Notes: generated by a model not told the origin, from the letters alone. A DNA stretch of 64,000 nucleotides from Thiobacillus sp. UBA6205 (GCA_002421825.1 DISR01000041.1:29108-93107), one strand, 5' to 3'. Counted from the first letter of the stretch, positions 1 through 12,506 are shown. Translations and numbers: made by a program.

Positions 1-2235
1 CTGGCCGATGCCGATGTCGATATCGACCTGGCCGGCAACCGCATGAAACTGCAAGGTGCCTACGGTCGCGCCGGCGACCGCCTCGATTGGGATGTCGATG
101 CGCCGGCGCTGGCGCGGCTCAAGCTGGGCATGGCAGGGCGGCTCGGCAGTCGCGGCAGCCTGGGCGGCGATCCGCGGCAGGCGCAGATCACGGGCACGCT
201 CTCGGCCAGCGGCCTGCGCCTGCCGGGCGGTATCGCTGCCGATGCCTTGAAGCTCGAAGCCGAGTTGCAGGCAGCCATCGACGGTGTCTTCAACGGCAGG
301 CTAGAAGGACGCGGCATCGCGCTGGCAGGCCAGCGGCTGGAGACTGTGCGCGCCGTCGCGCAGGGCCGGCGCAACGCGCACACGCTGACGCTCGACGCCG
401 GCATGCCCGGGTGGCGTCTCGATGCATCGTTGGCAGGCGGTCTGGACCAGACCCTGGTTTGGCGCGGACGTCTCGATCATGCCAGGCTGCAGGGTCCGTG
501 GCCCATGCAATTGCTGGCGCCGGCCAATCTGGTGCTGTCCCGCGAAAAACAGCAGGCGGACAATCTTGCGCTGAGCCTGGCGGGCGGACGGGCGACGGTT
601 GCGCATTTCAGCCGTGACGGGGACGAACTCGCCAGCCGCGGCTCGCTGGCAGGGATGCCGCTCGCGCCGCTGCTGACGCTGCTGAAAACCGAACAGCCTT
701 TCAGCACCGATCTCAAGGTCGATGGTGACTGGAATGTGCGCCTTGGCGACAGCCTCGACGGCCAGGTGCGCTTGCGCCGGCATTCGGGCGACGTGCGCCT
801 GAAGGAGCCCGCACTCGCGCTCGGTTTGACGTCGCTCGCACTCGAACTCGATGCCGAGGCCAGCCGCGTCCGCGCGCGCCTCGATGCCGCCAGCGGCCAG
901 GCCGGCAGCCTCGGGGCCGAGGGGCAGGCCGCGCTCGCGCGCGAAGGCGCGGCGTTCATGCTGCCGCGCAGCGCACCGCTAAGCTGGACGGCGAAACTGG
1001 ACGTGCCAGACCTGCGCCTCATCCGCCCCCTCCTCCCGGTCGGCGTGCGCGCCGATGCGCGCATGAATGCGCAACTGGATGGCAGCGGCAGCCTGGCCGC
1101 ACCGCGCGTCGACGGCCGCATCGCAGCCGACGCGATCCGGTTTTCCATGCCCGAGGAGGGCATTTCCATCACCGACGGTACGCTGAAACTTGTCCTGGCC
1201 GGCGACCGCGTGCGCGTAACGGAAGGCCAGCTGCGCGGGCAGAGCGGGCGCATCACGCTGGCCGGCGAAGCGGAACTCAAGAACCCGCAGGCCGGCCTGA
1301 CCATGAACTTCGAGAAATTTCCCGTCACCCATCGCAGCGACCGGCGCGTGTCGGTTTCCGGCACCAGCAAGCTGGCCGTCAGCCAGAAGCGCCTGCGCCT
1401 GGAAGGCGATCTCGTTGCCGACCGCGCCCGCATCGAAATGCCGGAAGCGAGCCGCCCAGAGTTGTCGTCGGACGTGGTGGTGGCCGGCCAGCCGCCGCGC
1501 GAGCAGTCCGCCGCCAAACGCATTCCGCTCGAGCTCGATCTATGGCTGGGCCTGGGCGAAGATTTCCTGTTCAAGGGCGCCGGCCTCGATGCACGCCTGG
1601 GCGGCAGGCTGCGCGTATTCACCCGCAACGAGACGCTCCACGGAGAGGGCCGCATCCAGGTGGAGCGCGGCCACTATTCCGCCTATGCCCAGCGCCTCGA
1701 CATCGAGCGCGGCGTGCTCAACTTCTCCGGCCCCATCGGCAATCCCGGGCTCGACGTGCTGGCGGTGCGCAAGACCCCCACGGTCAAGGCCGGCGTGCAG
1801 GTGCGCGGCACGGTGCAGCGTCCGCAGGTGACGCTGTATTCCGAGCCGCCGCTGCCGGATACCGAGAAGCTCGCCTGGCTGGTGCTGGGGCACGGGCTCG
1901 ACCAGGGCGGGCAGCAGGAGTTTGCGATGCTGCAACTGGCCGCGGGCGCGCTGCTCAGCCAGGCCGATTCGGCGAGCGTGCAGTCCCAGCTTGCCGGTGC
2001 CTTGGGGCTTGAAAGTTTCGAGGTGCGCGCGGGGGAGGGCGAAGATCTTTCCAGCGCCGTGGTCAGCGTCGGCCGGCGGTTGTCGTCCCGCGCCACGCTG
2101 TCGTACGAGCAGGGGCTGGACGGCTTGAACCAGGCGGTCAAGGTGATGTACCAGCTGTCGCCGCATGTGCGCATCGAGGGGCGGGCAGGCCAGCCCAGCA
2201 GCCTCGACGTGTTCTATACGCAGGAGTACGACTGA
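1..2235 (+). CDS. tamB: Translocation and assembly module TamB (DUF490 C-terminal domain), 5'-truncated by window edge
   Basis: Frame is open from base 1; beta-rich repeats; typical C-terminus (GHYSAYAQRLDIERGVLNFSGPIGNPGLDV...VSVGRRLSSRATLSYEQ...LDVFYTQEYD). Confidence 0.9.
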   Translation: MADADVDIDLAGNRMKLQGAYGRAGDRLDWDVDAPALARLKLGMAGRLGSRGSLGGDPRQAQITGTLSASGLRLPGGIAADALKLEAELQAAIDGVFNGRLEGRGIALAGQRLETVRAVAQGRRNAHTLTLDAGMPGWRLDASLAGGLDQTLVWRGRLDHARLQGPWPMQLLAPANLVLSREKQQADNLALSLAGGRATVAHFSRDGDELASRGSLAGMPLAPLLTLLKTEQPFSTDLKVDGDWNVRLGDSLDGQVRLRRHSGDVRLKEPALALGLTSLALELDAEASRVRARLDAASGQAGSLGAEGQAALAREGAAFMLPRSAPLSWTAKLDVPDLRLIRPLLPVGVRADARMNAQLDGSGSLAAPRVDGRIAADAIRFSMPEEGISITDGTLKLVLAGDRVRVTEGQLRGQSGRITLAGEAELKNPQAGLTMNFEKFPVTHRSDRRVSVSGTSKLAVSQKRLRLEGDLVADRARIEMPEASRPELSSDVVVAGQPPREQSAAKRIPLELDLWLGLGEDFLFKGAGLDARLGGRLRVFTRNETLHGEGRIQVERGHYSAYAQRLDIERGVLNFSGPIGNPGLDVLAVRKTPTVKAGVQVRGTVQRPQVTLYSEPPLPDTEKLAWLVLGHGLDQGGQQEFAMLQLAAGALLSQADSASVQSQLAGALGLESFEVRAGEGEDLSSAVVSVGRRLSSRATLSYEQGLDGLNQAVKVMYQLSPHVRIEGRAGQPSSLDVFYTQEYD

Positions 2236-2241
2236 GGCAGG

Positions 2242-2958
2242 TCAGAGGTCGCCGTTGGCCGCAGCGCGCATCATGTCGTCCATCTTGGCGCGGATGTCGG
2301 CGATGCCCTGCCTCAGCTCCGGCGTGATGCCGAGGGACTGGCCGGCGTAATCCAGCCAGGTGAAGTCCCAGTCCAGGGTCAGGATCCAGATGTTCTTCTG
2401 CGCGTCCTCCATGATGGCGATGCGGCAGGGCAGGAATACCACCATCTCGGGCACGATCTTCAGCAGCTCGCGGCCGATCGCAATGTCGCAGAAGCTGAAT
2501 ACTTCCACGCGCGGCGAACTGTCGTCGCCGAGCACGGCGCGGAAATCCTTCCACATCAGGTTCTCGCCCACGAACTTGAAATTGAGCCGGTTGGCGCGCA
2601 GCTTGAGCGACTGCACCGCCTCGTCGAAGCCCACGCCGGGCCTGACCTGATACTTGACCACCATGTAGTTCATGGCCTCGCGCGCGTCGAGCTGCATCAT
2701 GTTGGCCATCATCGGCATGGCCATCTGCATGTAGCGCTTGCGTTCCTCCGGAGGGATGACGCGATTCATCTCGAAATCGCGCACTGGCGGCATCATGCCC
2801 TGCTGCATGATTACCGGCCCGTAAGGTGTCTGCACCGGGGCGATCCAGCCGCTACTTTGCGCCGCGCCTTCCGCGGCGTTCCCCGGCGCAGGCGTGGGCT
2901 CGGCGGCATGCGGGCCGGATGCGAGAAACAGGCCGAGCAGCGTGACGAAGGTTTTCAT
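2242..2958 (-). CDS. DUF302 domain protein, probably exported, with Met-rich linker
   Basis: ATG at 2958 with GGAGA RBS; signal-like MKTFVTLLGLFLASGPHAA; DUF302-type motifs VEVFSFCD and FLPCRIAIMED. Confidence 0.7.
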   Translation of the reverse strand: MKTFVTLLGLFLASGPHAAEPTPAPGNAAEGAAQSSGWIAPVQTPYGPVIMQQGMMPPVRDFEMNRVIPPEERKRYMQMAMPMMANMMQLDAREAMNYMVVKYQVRPGVGFDEAVQSLKLRANRLNFKFVGENLMWKDFRAVLGDDSSPRVEVFSFCDIAIGRELLKIVPEMVVFLPCRIAIMEDAQKNIWILTLDWDFTWLDYAGQSLGITPELRQGIADIRAKMDDMMRAAANGDL

Positions 2959-3005
2959 GTCGTTGTCTCCGAATGCCTTAATGCTAGGAAGCGCAGCGGG
3001 CCGAG

Positions 3006-5555
<2,550 letters not shown>

Positions 5556-5610
5556 GGCCGTGCCCCGCTTCTGGCGGTCGGGAAATGCCTGGCCAGCACG
5601 GGCAGGCGGG

Positions 5611-5707
5611 CGATGCAAACTGGATTCGATGCCGGCCGCTCCGCAATCGCGTGTTCATGCGCCTTGGGGCCATTTCCCGGGCCGGCCTGGTGAAATGCCC
5701 GGGCTAG
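5611..5707. mobile_element. Partial copy of CTAG-ended MITE-like repeat
   Basis: GCAAACTGGATTCGATGCCGGCCGCTCCGCAATCGCGTGTTCATGCGCC...GTGAAATGCCCGGGCTAG is near-identical to the copies at 45930-46095 and 63415-63558; left terminus not recognisable. Confidence 0.8.
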
Positions 5708-5930
5708 TACCGGATGCGCATTGCTTGCGCCCGTGCGCGGCCAAGCCTTCGTTCTTGTCATGTGCCGATGAAGATGGAAACTGCGCCGGTCGCCTCGGCG
5801 ATTCCGCGATTCGTCTCGGGTCCCCGGGGGCGAACAGGCCCGGATCGGGGCCGAGCGCGCTGCAAAGGCGGTCTTGGCGAGAGGTGTCGGCGCGGAAACG
5901 CTGCTGCGCGTCATGGGGCCAGGCTTGGGC

Positions 5931-6437
5931 TCATGACGCGCCGCCGGATTCGAGTTCCTTGAGCAGGGCGTCCGCCTCGGCCAGCTGGCCCTCGCTGAAG
6001 ACCCTGACGCTGTTCCGTGCGAGCAGGGCAGCGGTCACGCCCATGCCGCCGACTTTTACGTTGCTGAAGCTGCCGTCGAAGATGAAGCCCGAGCCGCATG
6101 AGGGGCTGCCTTCCTTGAGCACGGCAACGCGGATGCCGTGCTCGTTTGCTTTCGCCAGCGCGCGCTCGGCGCCGTTTACCAGCCAGGCGCTGACGTCGCG
6201 TCCGTTGGAGTCGACGGCACGTGCGCTGCCGGAGAGCACCCTGGCGCCGCCGGCGCCATTGGCAATCTCCGCCCTGGGGCGCGGCACAGGCAGGCCGCCG
6301 GCCACTTCCGGGCATACCGACACCACTCGCCCCTCCTTCAACCAGCGCTGCAGGATGGCGTGATCGCTGCGCATGTCGCCACCGTCGAAGCGCACGGCTT
6401 CGCCCAGCAGGCAGGCGCTGACCAGTACGGGTTCCAT
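5931..6437 (-). CDS. DUF523 family protein (2-thiouracil desulfidase TudS-like, Fe-S)
   Basis: VLVSACLLGEAVRFDG, VCPEVAGGLPVPRP, LKEGSPSCG motifs. Confidence 0.88.
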   Translation of the reverse strand: MEPVLVSACLLGEAVRFDGGDMRSDHAILQRWLKEGRVVSVCPEVAGGLPVPRPRAEIANGAGGARVLSGSARAVDSNGRDVSAWLVNGAERALAKANEHGIRVAVLKEGSPSCGSGFIFDGSFSNVKVGGMGVTAALLARNSVRVFSEGQLAEADALLKELESGGAS

Positions 6438-6460
6438 GCCTCAGCCGTGCCCCGCGTGCC

Positions 6461-7342
6461 TCACAGCAATTCTCCCCTGACCACCGGAACCACATGTCCG
6501 CCGACGCTGATTTCGCGCGTGTCCCCCTTCTTGCGCGCGCGCAACAGCACCAGCGAGGGGCGGCGCACTTCGCGGCCCTGCTCGATGCGCAGCGACAGCT
6601 GGTCACCCAGGTTGCCATGCTCCAGCAGATAGTGGCCGAGGAAGGCCGCGCCGTTGCCGGTGGCCGGGTCCTCGCGCACGCCATGCGCCTCGAAGAAGAA
6701 GCGCACGCACAGATCGTTGCCCGCATCGTGCGTCTCGCGGCAGAAGAGATAGACCAGCGAGGGAAAGCCCTGCGCCGACAGCGGCGCGTGCGCGGCGAGG
6801 TCGAGCCGGCTGCGCTTCAGCGCGTCCAGGCGCTTGATCGGCACGATCAGCACCGAGATGCCGGCCGTCAGCATCTGCACGGGGCTGGCATCGTCAATGT
6901 CCCCGGCCTCGATGCCGAGCGAGGCGGCGATGGCAGCGCGCTCGCAGGTTTGCCCGAGCTCGGCGGGCGGGGCGAGGAACCAGACTGCTTCCTTGCCGTC
7001 GGCGCCACGCTCGAAGCTCACCGGGATCTGGCCCACGGCGAGGTTGAGCCTTATTTCATCGGCGGCGGCGAGGGCGAGGTGGCGGCGGATGACCCAGGCC
7101 GTGCCCAGGATGGGATGGCCGGCGAAGGCCAGTTCGCGCGCCGGGGTGAAGAGGCGCACGCGCCAGCCGCCGTCGGCTTCGGGGGCGCGGCTGACGAAAG
7201 TGGTTTCCGAATAGTTGGTCTCGGCCGCGACGAGCTGCATGGTCTCGCCGGAAAGATCGTCGGAGCCGGTCACCACGGCAAGCTGGTTGCCGGCATAGGC
7301 CTGTTCCGCGAACACGTCGACGATATGGAAGGGATGGGTCAT
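6461..7342 (-). CDS. PhzF family isomerase/epimerase
   Basis: VDVFAEQAYAGNQLAVV, NYSETTF, RLFTPARELAFAGHP, EDPATG motifs. Confidence 0.9.
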   Translation of the reverse strand: MTHPFHIVDVFAEQAYAGNQLAVVTGSDDLSGETMQLVAAETNYSETTFVSRAPEADGGWRVRLFTPARELAFAGHPILGTAWVIRRHLALAAADEIRLNLAVGQIPVSFERGADGKEAVWFLAPPAELGQTCERAAIAASLGIEAGDIDDASPVQMLTAGISVLIVPIKRLDALKRSRLDLAAHAPLSAQGFPSLVYLFCRETHDAGNDLCVRFFFEAHGVREDPATGNGAAFLGHYLLEHGNLGDQLSLRIEQGREVRRPSLVLLRARKKGDTREISVGGHVVPVVRGELL

Positions 7343-7402
7343 GGTTCCTGCCTTGTTATGGCCTGCCCATAGTGTAATGCTGCCGTCCCGTCCGCCCAAG
7401 GC

Positions 7403-8005
7403 TCAGATGCCAGGCATGCCGACGAAGCGGTCCAGCGACTTGATGCGCCCGATCCACTGTGCAACACCCGTGCAGGGCGCGATGTCGACCTTGCCTTCCA
7501 CCGCCAGCGCGGCGTAGGGAAAGCAGGCGATGTCGGCGATGGTGGGGCCGCTGCCGGCGAGCCAGGGCTGCGTGGCGAGGCGCGATTCCAGCACGCCGAG
7601 CGCGCGCTGGGCGGTCTGCTGCGCGGCTTCGAGGTCGCCTGGCAGGCCGAACTTGACGATGGCGCGCGCGCGGAACAGCCCGTTCAGAATTTCGTTCTGT
7701 GCCAGCTCCAGCCACTGCATCACCTCGCCCAATCTGGCCGGCTCGCGCGGCAGCCAGCCAGAGGTCTCGTCATGGCGCGCGGCCAGGTAGCAGAGGATGG
7801 CGGTCGAGCCCCACAGCGTGGTGTCGCCGTCCACCAGCGTGGGAATCTGGCCGCGCGGGTTCAATTGCAGGTAGCTGCCGTCGACGACATTCTTGCCGCC
7901 CTTCATCGCCACCGGAATGCGCTCGTACGGCATGTTCAGAAAGGAGAGCAGCAGGCGCACCTTGTAGCAGTTTCCCGAGGCTTCGCGATCGTAGAGTTTC
8001 AACAT
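7403..8005 (-). CDS. Glutathione S-transferase family protein
   Basis: SGNCYKVRLLL, NPRGQIPTLVDG, WLAGSGPTIADIA. Confidence 0.9.
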   Translation of the reverse strand: MLKLYDREASGNCYKVRLLLSFLNMPYERIPVAMKGGKNVVDGSYLQLNPRGQIPTLVDGDTTLWGSTAILCYLAARHDETSGWLPREPARLGEVMQWLELAQNEILNGLFRARAIVKFGLPGDLEAAQQTAQRALGVLESRLATQPWLAGSGPTIADIACFPYAALAVEGKVDIAPCTGVAQWIGRIKSLDRFVGMPGI

Positions 8006-8029
8006 GGCGGTTCCTTGCCTGCGGCCGGG

Positions 8030-8443
8030 CTAGCGGTGGTATTCGCCGGCGCGTTCGGGCTGGTAGATGATTTCCTCGATGCGCACTCGCATCATGCCGC
8101 CGTTGGGTTTCGGCCATTCGATCTCATCGCCATGGGACAGGCCGAGCAGGGCGCTGCCGACCGGTGCGAGGATGGAAATCTTGCGTCCGCTGTCGTCGAG
8201 ATCCCTGGGGTAGACCAGGGTCAGTTCGAATTCCTGTGCGTCGGGCAACACCTTGAAACGCACCGTGGAGTTCATCGTCACGACCGTGGGCGGGATTTCC
8301 TCGGGTTCCACCACGTCCGCGCGCGCCAGTTCCGCTTCAAGGTCGTCCTTGCCGGGAAAATCGCTGCCGCGCAGGGTGGCGAGGAGGTTCTCCAGTCTCA
8401 GTGCGTCGAGTGAGGAGATCACGATGTTGGGGGTGGTATGCAT
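8030..8443 (-). CDS. rnk: Regulator of nucleoside diphosphate kinase (GreA/B family)
   Basis: ELARADVVEPEEIPPTVVTMNSTV, ISILAPVGSALLGL, IIYQPERAG. Confidence 0.93.
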   Translation of the reverse strand: MHTTPNIVISSLDALRLENLLATLRGSDFPGKDDLEAELARADVVEPEEIPPTVVTMNSTVRFKVLPDAQEFELTLVYPRDLDDSGRKISILAPVGSALLGLSHGDEIEWPKPNGGMMRVRIEEIIYQPERAGEYHR

Positions 8444-8544
8444 TTCTTGCCTCTGTCAATCCGGGTGAACAAGATCAACGGCCAAGCATACCACGTATAC
8501 CGAGGCTGGCCGGGCCGGGCCATGCCGCAGGGCATGTAAGGGAA

Positions 8545-9021
8545 CTATTCCGCGCGCTGCGCGATGCCGGCGAAGCTGGCGCCGGTCAAGGTTTTCAGAT
8601 CGTGCGGGCTCAATTCGATTTCCAGTCCTCGGCGGCCGGCGCTGACGAACACCGTGGGGAAATTCGCGGCCGAGTCGTCGATGAAGGTCCTGAGCCGTTT
8701 TTTCTGGCCTAACGGGCTCACCCCGCCGAGCAGGTAGCCGGTCGCGCGCTCCGCCTCGGCGGGTGCGGCCATCGCCGCCTTCTTTGCCCCGGCTGCCTTG
8801 GCGGTCTGCTTCATGCTCAGCATGGACGACACCGGCACGACGCCCACCGCCAGTTCGTGCCCGTCCAGGCTGACGACCAGGGTCTTGAATACGCGCTCTT
8901 CTGCAATACCCAGCTTCTCGGCAGCCTCGAGTCCGTAGGACTCGCTGGCCGGATCGTGAGCATACTCGTGCGCCGTATGGGTGATTCTGGCCTTCTTGGC
9001 GACATTGATGCCTGGGGTCAT
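8545..9021 (-). CDS. ybaK: Cys-tRNA(Pro) deacylase YbaK
   Basis: VFKTLVV, ATGYLLGGVSPLGQKK, VSAGRRGLEIEL. Confidence 0.93.
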   Translation of the reverse strand: MTPGINVAKKARITHTAHEYAHDPASESYGLEAAEKLGIAEERVFKTLVVSLDGHELAVGVVPVSSMLSMKQTAKAAGAKKAAMAAPAEAERATGYLLGGVSPLGQKKRLRTFIDDSAANFPTVFVSAGRRGLEIELSPHDLKTLTGASFAGIAQRAE

Positions 9022-9087
9022 TTCTTTCGCAACATCGGGACGCGACGGGTGCTTTATTGCACCGGCGCCTGCATCGTTCTCGTTGTT

Positions 9088-12045
9088 TCAAGGCCTGGCT
9101 GCGGCAGAACCTGCACTCGGCGGCTTCCCGGCTGGCGCCTCCTGGATATGGATCCGGCCATTCGCGTCATGTTCGATGCTGCTGCCGTCCGGGAAGGTCG
9201 CCTTGCGTGAGCCGTCGGCGCGGGTTTCCACGCGGCTGCCGTCGGGATAGCGGACGACCGTGGAACCGTCCGGCCGGTGATGCGTGGCGGTTCCGTCAGC
9301 CCTCTTCTCGACGACGCCAACGCCAGGGTCCTGCAGGATGACAGTGCCATCCGGGCGATACTCGGTGATGCGCCCGCTGCCGGTATATTCGACCCAGGTG
9401 CCATCCGGGCGATACTGGATCCAGACGCCGTTCGGCTGCTTCACAAGGCGCGTGCCGTCGGGACGGAACTCGATACGGGTACCATCCGGTCGCACCTCTT
9501 CGGCCATGCCGTCCTTGCGCGTTGTGATGCGCGTGCCGTCCGGCATTACCTGGGTGCCTGCCACGGGCTCGATGTCGTCGAGTATGGACTCGGCGGGCTG
9601 TCCGCCAGCATCGGCAGCGGGCGCCTGCACCTTGCTTCCATCCGGCCCGTGCGTTATGCGCGAGCCGTCCGGGCCGCGGATGACTTCGTTCCTCCCCTCT
9701 GAGGCCGTATCGGTGATTTCGTCAAGGATGCTTTCCTTGGGCGCCGGCTGCGCTGGCGGATCGATTTGCGTCATCCCGCCGCCGATCTTGAGCGGAGGTG
9801 AATTCACGACGGGGGGCGTGGGACTGAACAGAACCTCGCCGCCGGCTTGGTAGACCGGATAGAGTTCGAATGCGGTTGTCGTCACAGGGTCCAGGTGCGG
9901 CTCGGAAACGTGGACGACGATGCGCTCCGCTGCCTGCGCGCCGTCCGTGTGCGGCTGCCAGTCGGCGAAGGTCGCCCCGATGGAACGCGGTCCCTTGTGC
10001 GGGCGCTCGAAGCCGAAATGGCCCCAGGGCGTGTACTTGATGTCGTTCTCGTCGAAGGTGCCACTGTCGAGCATCAGGCTGCCTTCCTTGAACCAGCTGC
10101 CCGATTCGCGCTTCACCAGCTGGTTGTCGACGTAGTGCTCATGGCTCCACCATACCGAGAGCTTCCAGTCCTGCCAGATTTCGTACAGCCAGTAGCCGGC
10201 CGGAAATTCGCGTTTCGGTTTGCACTGCGCGTCCAGCGTTTCTCGCGCAACCGTGTGCACGACGCCTTTTTCCTGCGACTCGTCCACGTCGATGCTGAGG
10301 CGCATGCCGCCCTGGCGGTCCGGCACCGCGCCCACCTTGATGGCGGTGTTCCCGTCGCCGCTGGCGAACAGCTGCTTTTGCTTTTTGGGCACCGGATCCT
10401 TCACCATTTCCGGCTCTTCGCCGCCGCCCGTGCCCACTTGTATCGGACTTCCGCCGAGGAAACTGCCAAGCAGGCCGCCGACCATTCCCTTCGCCCTGTC
10501 GCTTGCAGCCTTGGCCAGGGAGTCGCCGTATTTTTCCTTGGGGCCGATGGTGACCGGCTTGAGTGGCTGGAAGTTGCATGCGCCTGTCGCCGGCGCCGGT
10601 GCGAGCATGCGGCAACGCTCCGCGAGGCATTGCTTCAGCGCCGCGCGCGCATCGGCCTCGAGCTTGAGCTGTGTTTCGCGGCCGCGCGCCTGGCGCAGGA
10701 TTTCGTTCTGCAGCATGCGTTCTTCCTGCTGCAGCCTTGCGAGCTCGGCTTCCTCCTGCGCCAGACGCTTGCGCAAGGCGGTGACATCGCGCCGTTTGCG
10801 CGTGCGCTCCTCGACGACCTGGCCTTGCGAATTCCTGACCGTGATTTTTACCGAACCGTCCGGCTGCGTCCAGGACTCGGTCGTGAGGCCGGAATCGGGG
10901 TCGTAGGCGCTGCCGCCTTCGCCGGATTTCCCCGAAATTTCCTTGTTGATCTGGTCGATGCGCGCCTGGGTGGCGCGCTGCCTGCCCTGATTGGCAGCCA
11001 GACGCTGGCGCAGTTCGGCGATGGTTTGTGCGATCGCTTCCGCGGCATTCCGGTGCTTGATCGCAAGGTCAAGGAAAGGCTGGCACTCTGGGCAGGGATT
11101 GGTTTCGCTCCATTGTTGTGTTGGGGCTGGCGGCGGCGTCAGCGGTACGGGGGCCGGTGCGGGAGCGGGGGTGATCGTCGGCGGGGGGGTGGCGGGCTTT
11201 TCCGGATCTCCCAGGCGCCCGACCAGCTTGCTGTTGCTGTTGTAGATCCAGGCGCGTTCATCCACCCCGCTTGACCTGCAACAGGTGGCGTTCACCAGGT
11301 ATTCGCGCGGAGTGCCCGCCGTCCAGCCCGGCTGGCTGCTGCCTGCACGCGTATAGTGCACCGGTACGGTAAAGCGCAGCCATCCTTGCTTGAGCGAAGC
11401 GCCCGTCGGGCACCTGCAATCCTTTGCGCGAATGTATACCCATACCTTGCCGCCTTCGGCCCCCGGTTCACGCCGCTTGCTCCAGCGCATGGTGACATTT
11501 ATGCTGCATTCCCCCGAGGCATCGTGCTCCAGCAGTTCGGACTTCGACTGGTAGCCCTCCACTGCGCCGCGCAGGGCGTCGTAGGCCTTGTCCCATGCGG
11601 CCCCGGCCAGGGCCTCCTGCAGGTCGTTGGCGCCGCCGTACTTTTTCAGCGCCTCGCCGCCGGCTTTTCCGATGGCCTCCCCGATGGCGCAGCGCTTGAA
11701 GCCCTCGAGGTCGGCTTCTTTCATGTAGCAGCGCACGAGGCTGTAAGTGGTGATGCCGGGCGCGCCCACGGCGCCTGCTGCCACCTTGGCCCCCGTTTCG
11801 AGCGGCTCGACCACGACCTTGGTGAGCAGGTTGGTCGCCATCATGTCCTGCATGCCGCGCTTGGCGATGTCGAACATCTGGGAATCGCAGCGCTCGGTCG
11901 TGATGCCGGGGCCGGCGATCTCGACCTGTGCCTTGATTTCGGCGACGAGTTGGTGGAATTCCGGGGAATAGTCGGCAACTGCAGATGCCGCCATCAAGAA
12001 GACTGACAATGCCGCGAGCCGAACGGCGCTCATGAAGCGATTCAT
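9088..12045 (-). CDS. Large hypothetical secreted protein (~985 aa): Cys motifs, coiled coil, C-terminal xPDG beta-hairpin repeats
   Basis: ATG at 12045 after AGGGGG; signal peptide MNRFMSAVRLAALSVFLMAASAVA; protein-like composition throughout; family not recognised. Confidence 0.8.
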   Translation of the reverse strand: MNRFMSAVRLAALSVFLMAASAVADYSPEFHQLVAEIKAQVEIAGPGITTERCDSQMFDIAKRGMQDMMATNLLTKVVVEPLETGAKVAAGAVGAPGITTYSLVRCYMKEADLEGFKRCAIGEAIGKAGGEALKKYGGANDLQEALAGAAWDKAYDALRGAVEGYQSKSELLEHDASGECSINVTMRWSKRREPGAEGGKVWVYIRAKDCRCPTGASLKQGWLRFTVPVHYTRAGSSQPGWTAGTPREYLVNATCCRSSGVDERAWIYNSNSKLVGRLGDPEKPATPPPTITPAPAPAPVPLTPPPAPTQQWSETNPCPECQPFLDLAIKHRNAAEAIAQTIAELRQRLAANQGRQRATQARIDQINKEISGKSGEGGSAYDPDSGLTTESWTQPDGSVKITVRNSQGQVVEERTRKRRDVTALRKRLAQEEAELARLQQEERMLQNEILRQARGRETQLKLEADARAALKQCLAERCRMLAPAPATGACNFQPLKPVTIGPKEKYGDSLAKAASDRAKGMVGGLLGSFLGGSPIQVGTGGGEEPEMVKDPVPKKQKQLFASGDGNTAIKVGAVPDRQGGMRLSIDVDESQEKGVVHTVARETLDAQCKPKREFPAGYWLYEIWQDWKLSVWWSHEHYVDNQLVKRESGSWFKEGSLMLDSGTFDENDIKYTPWGHFGFERPHKGPRSIGATFADWQPHTDGAQAAERIVVHVSEPHLDPVTTTAFELYPVYQAGGEVLFSPTPPVVNSPPLKIGGGMTQIDPPAQPAPKESILDEITDTASEGRNEVIRGPDGSRITHGPDGSKVQAPAADAGGQPAESILDDIEPVAGTQVMPDGTRITTRKDGMAEEVRPDGTRIEFRPDGTRLVKQPNGVWIQYRPDGTWVEYTGSGRITEYRPDGTVILQDPGVGVVEKRADGTATHHRPDGSTVVRYPDGSRVETRADGSRKATFPDGSSIEHDANGRIHIQEAPAGKPPSAGSAAARP

Positions 12046-12506
12046 TGAGACCCCCTTTTCTTTCATCATGGGGCGACGCCACGCTCCTCTGCGGCGCCGC
12101 TCCCATTGGGAAATGCTAGCACAGCCTGCCGGTGCGTGCCGTCGCCCGGAAATGGCGCAGTGCCGGATAGCCGATGGCCTCGATGCAGGCGAAGGTGCCG
12201 AGGGCAGCGACGAGTGCGATGCCATTCTGCCGTCTCGGCGCCTCGCGTTGCACCGCAGGGCGAGAGGAGATCTTCCGCCAGCTCGCGCGGATTTCGCGCA
12301 GCGTGTTGGCACCCTGCTGGTTGGTGTCCTGGTCCAAGCTGCCCCCGTGGATCGGCTTTCGATCAACGCGCAGCAGAAGCGAAGCGTTTCCCTAAACGGG
12401 ATTTGTGGCAAACCAGCAGAGGGCGGCATCGGCATGCTTTGCCGTGCCCATTCCTCATATCCTGCGTAAACAAATACACTTGGCAAAGAATCCAGCAGAC
12501 TTTTCG

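Noticed and set aside
6461-7342. Phenazine biosynthesis cluster
   Set aside because: Lone PhzF-family gene with no phzA/B/D/E/G.
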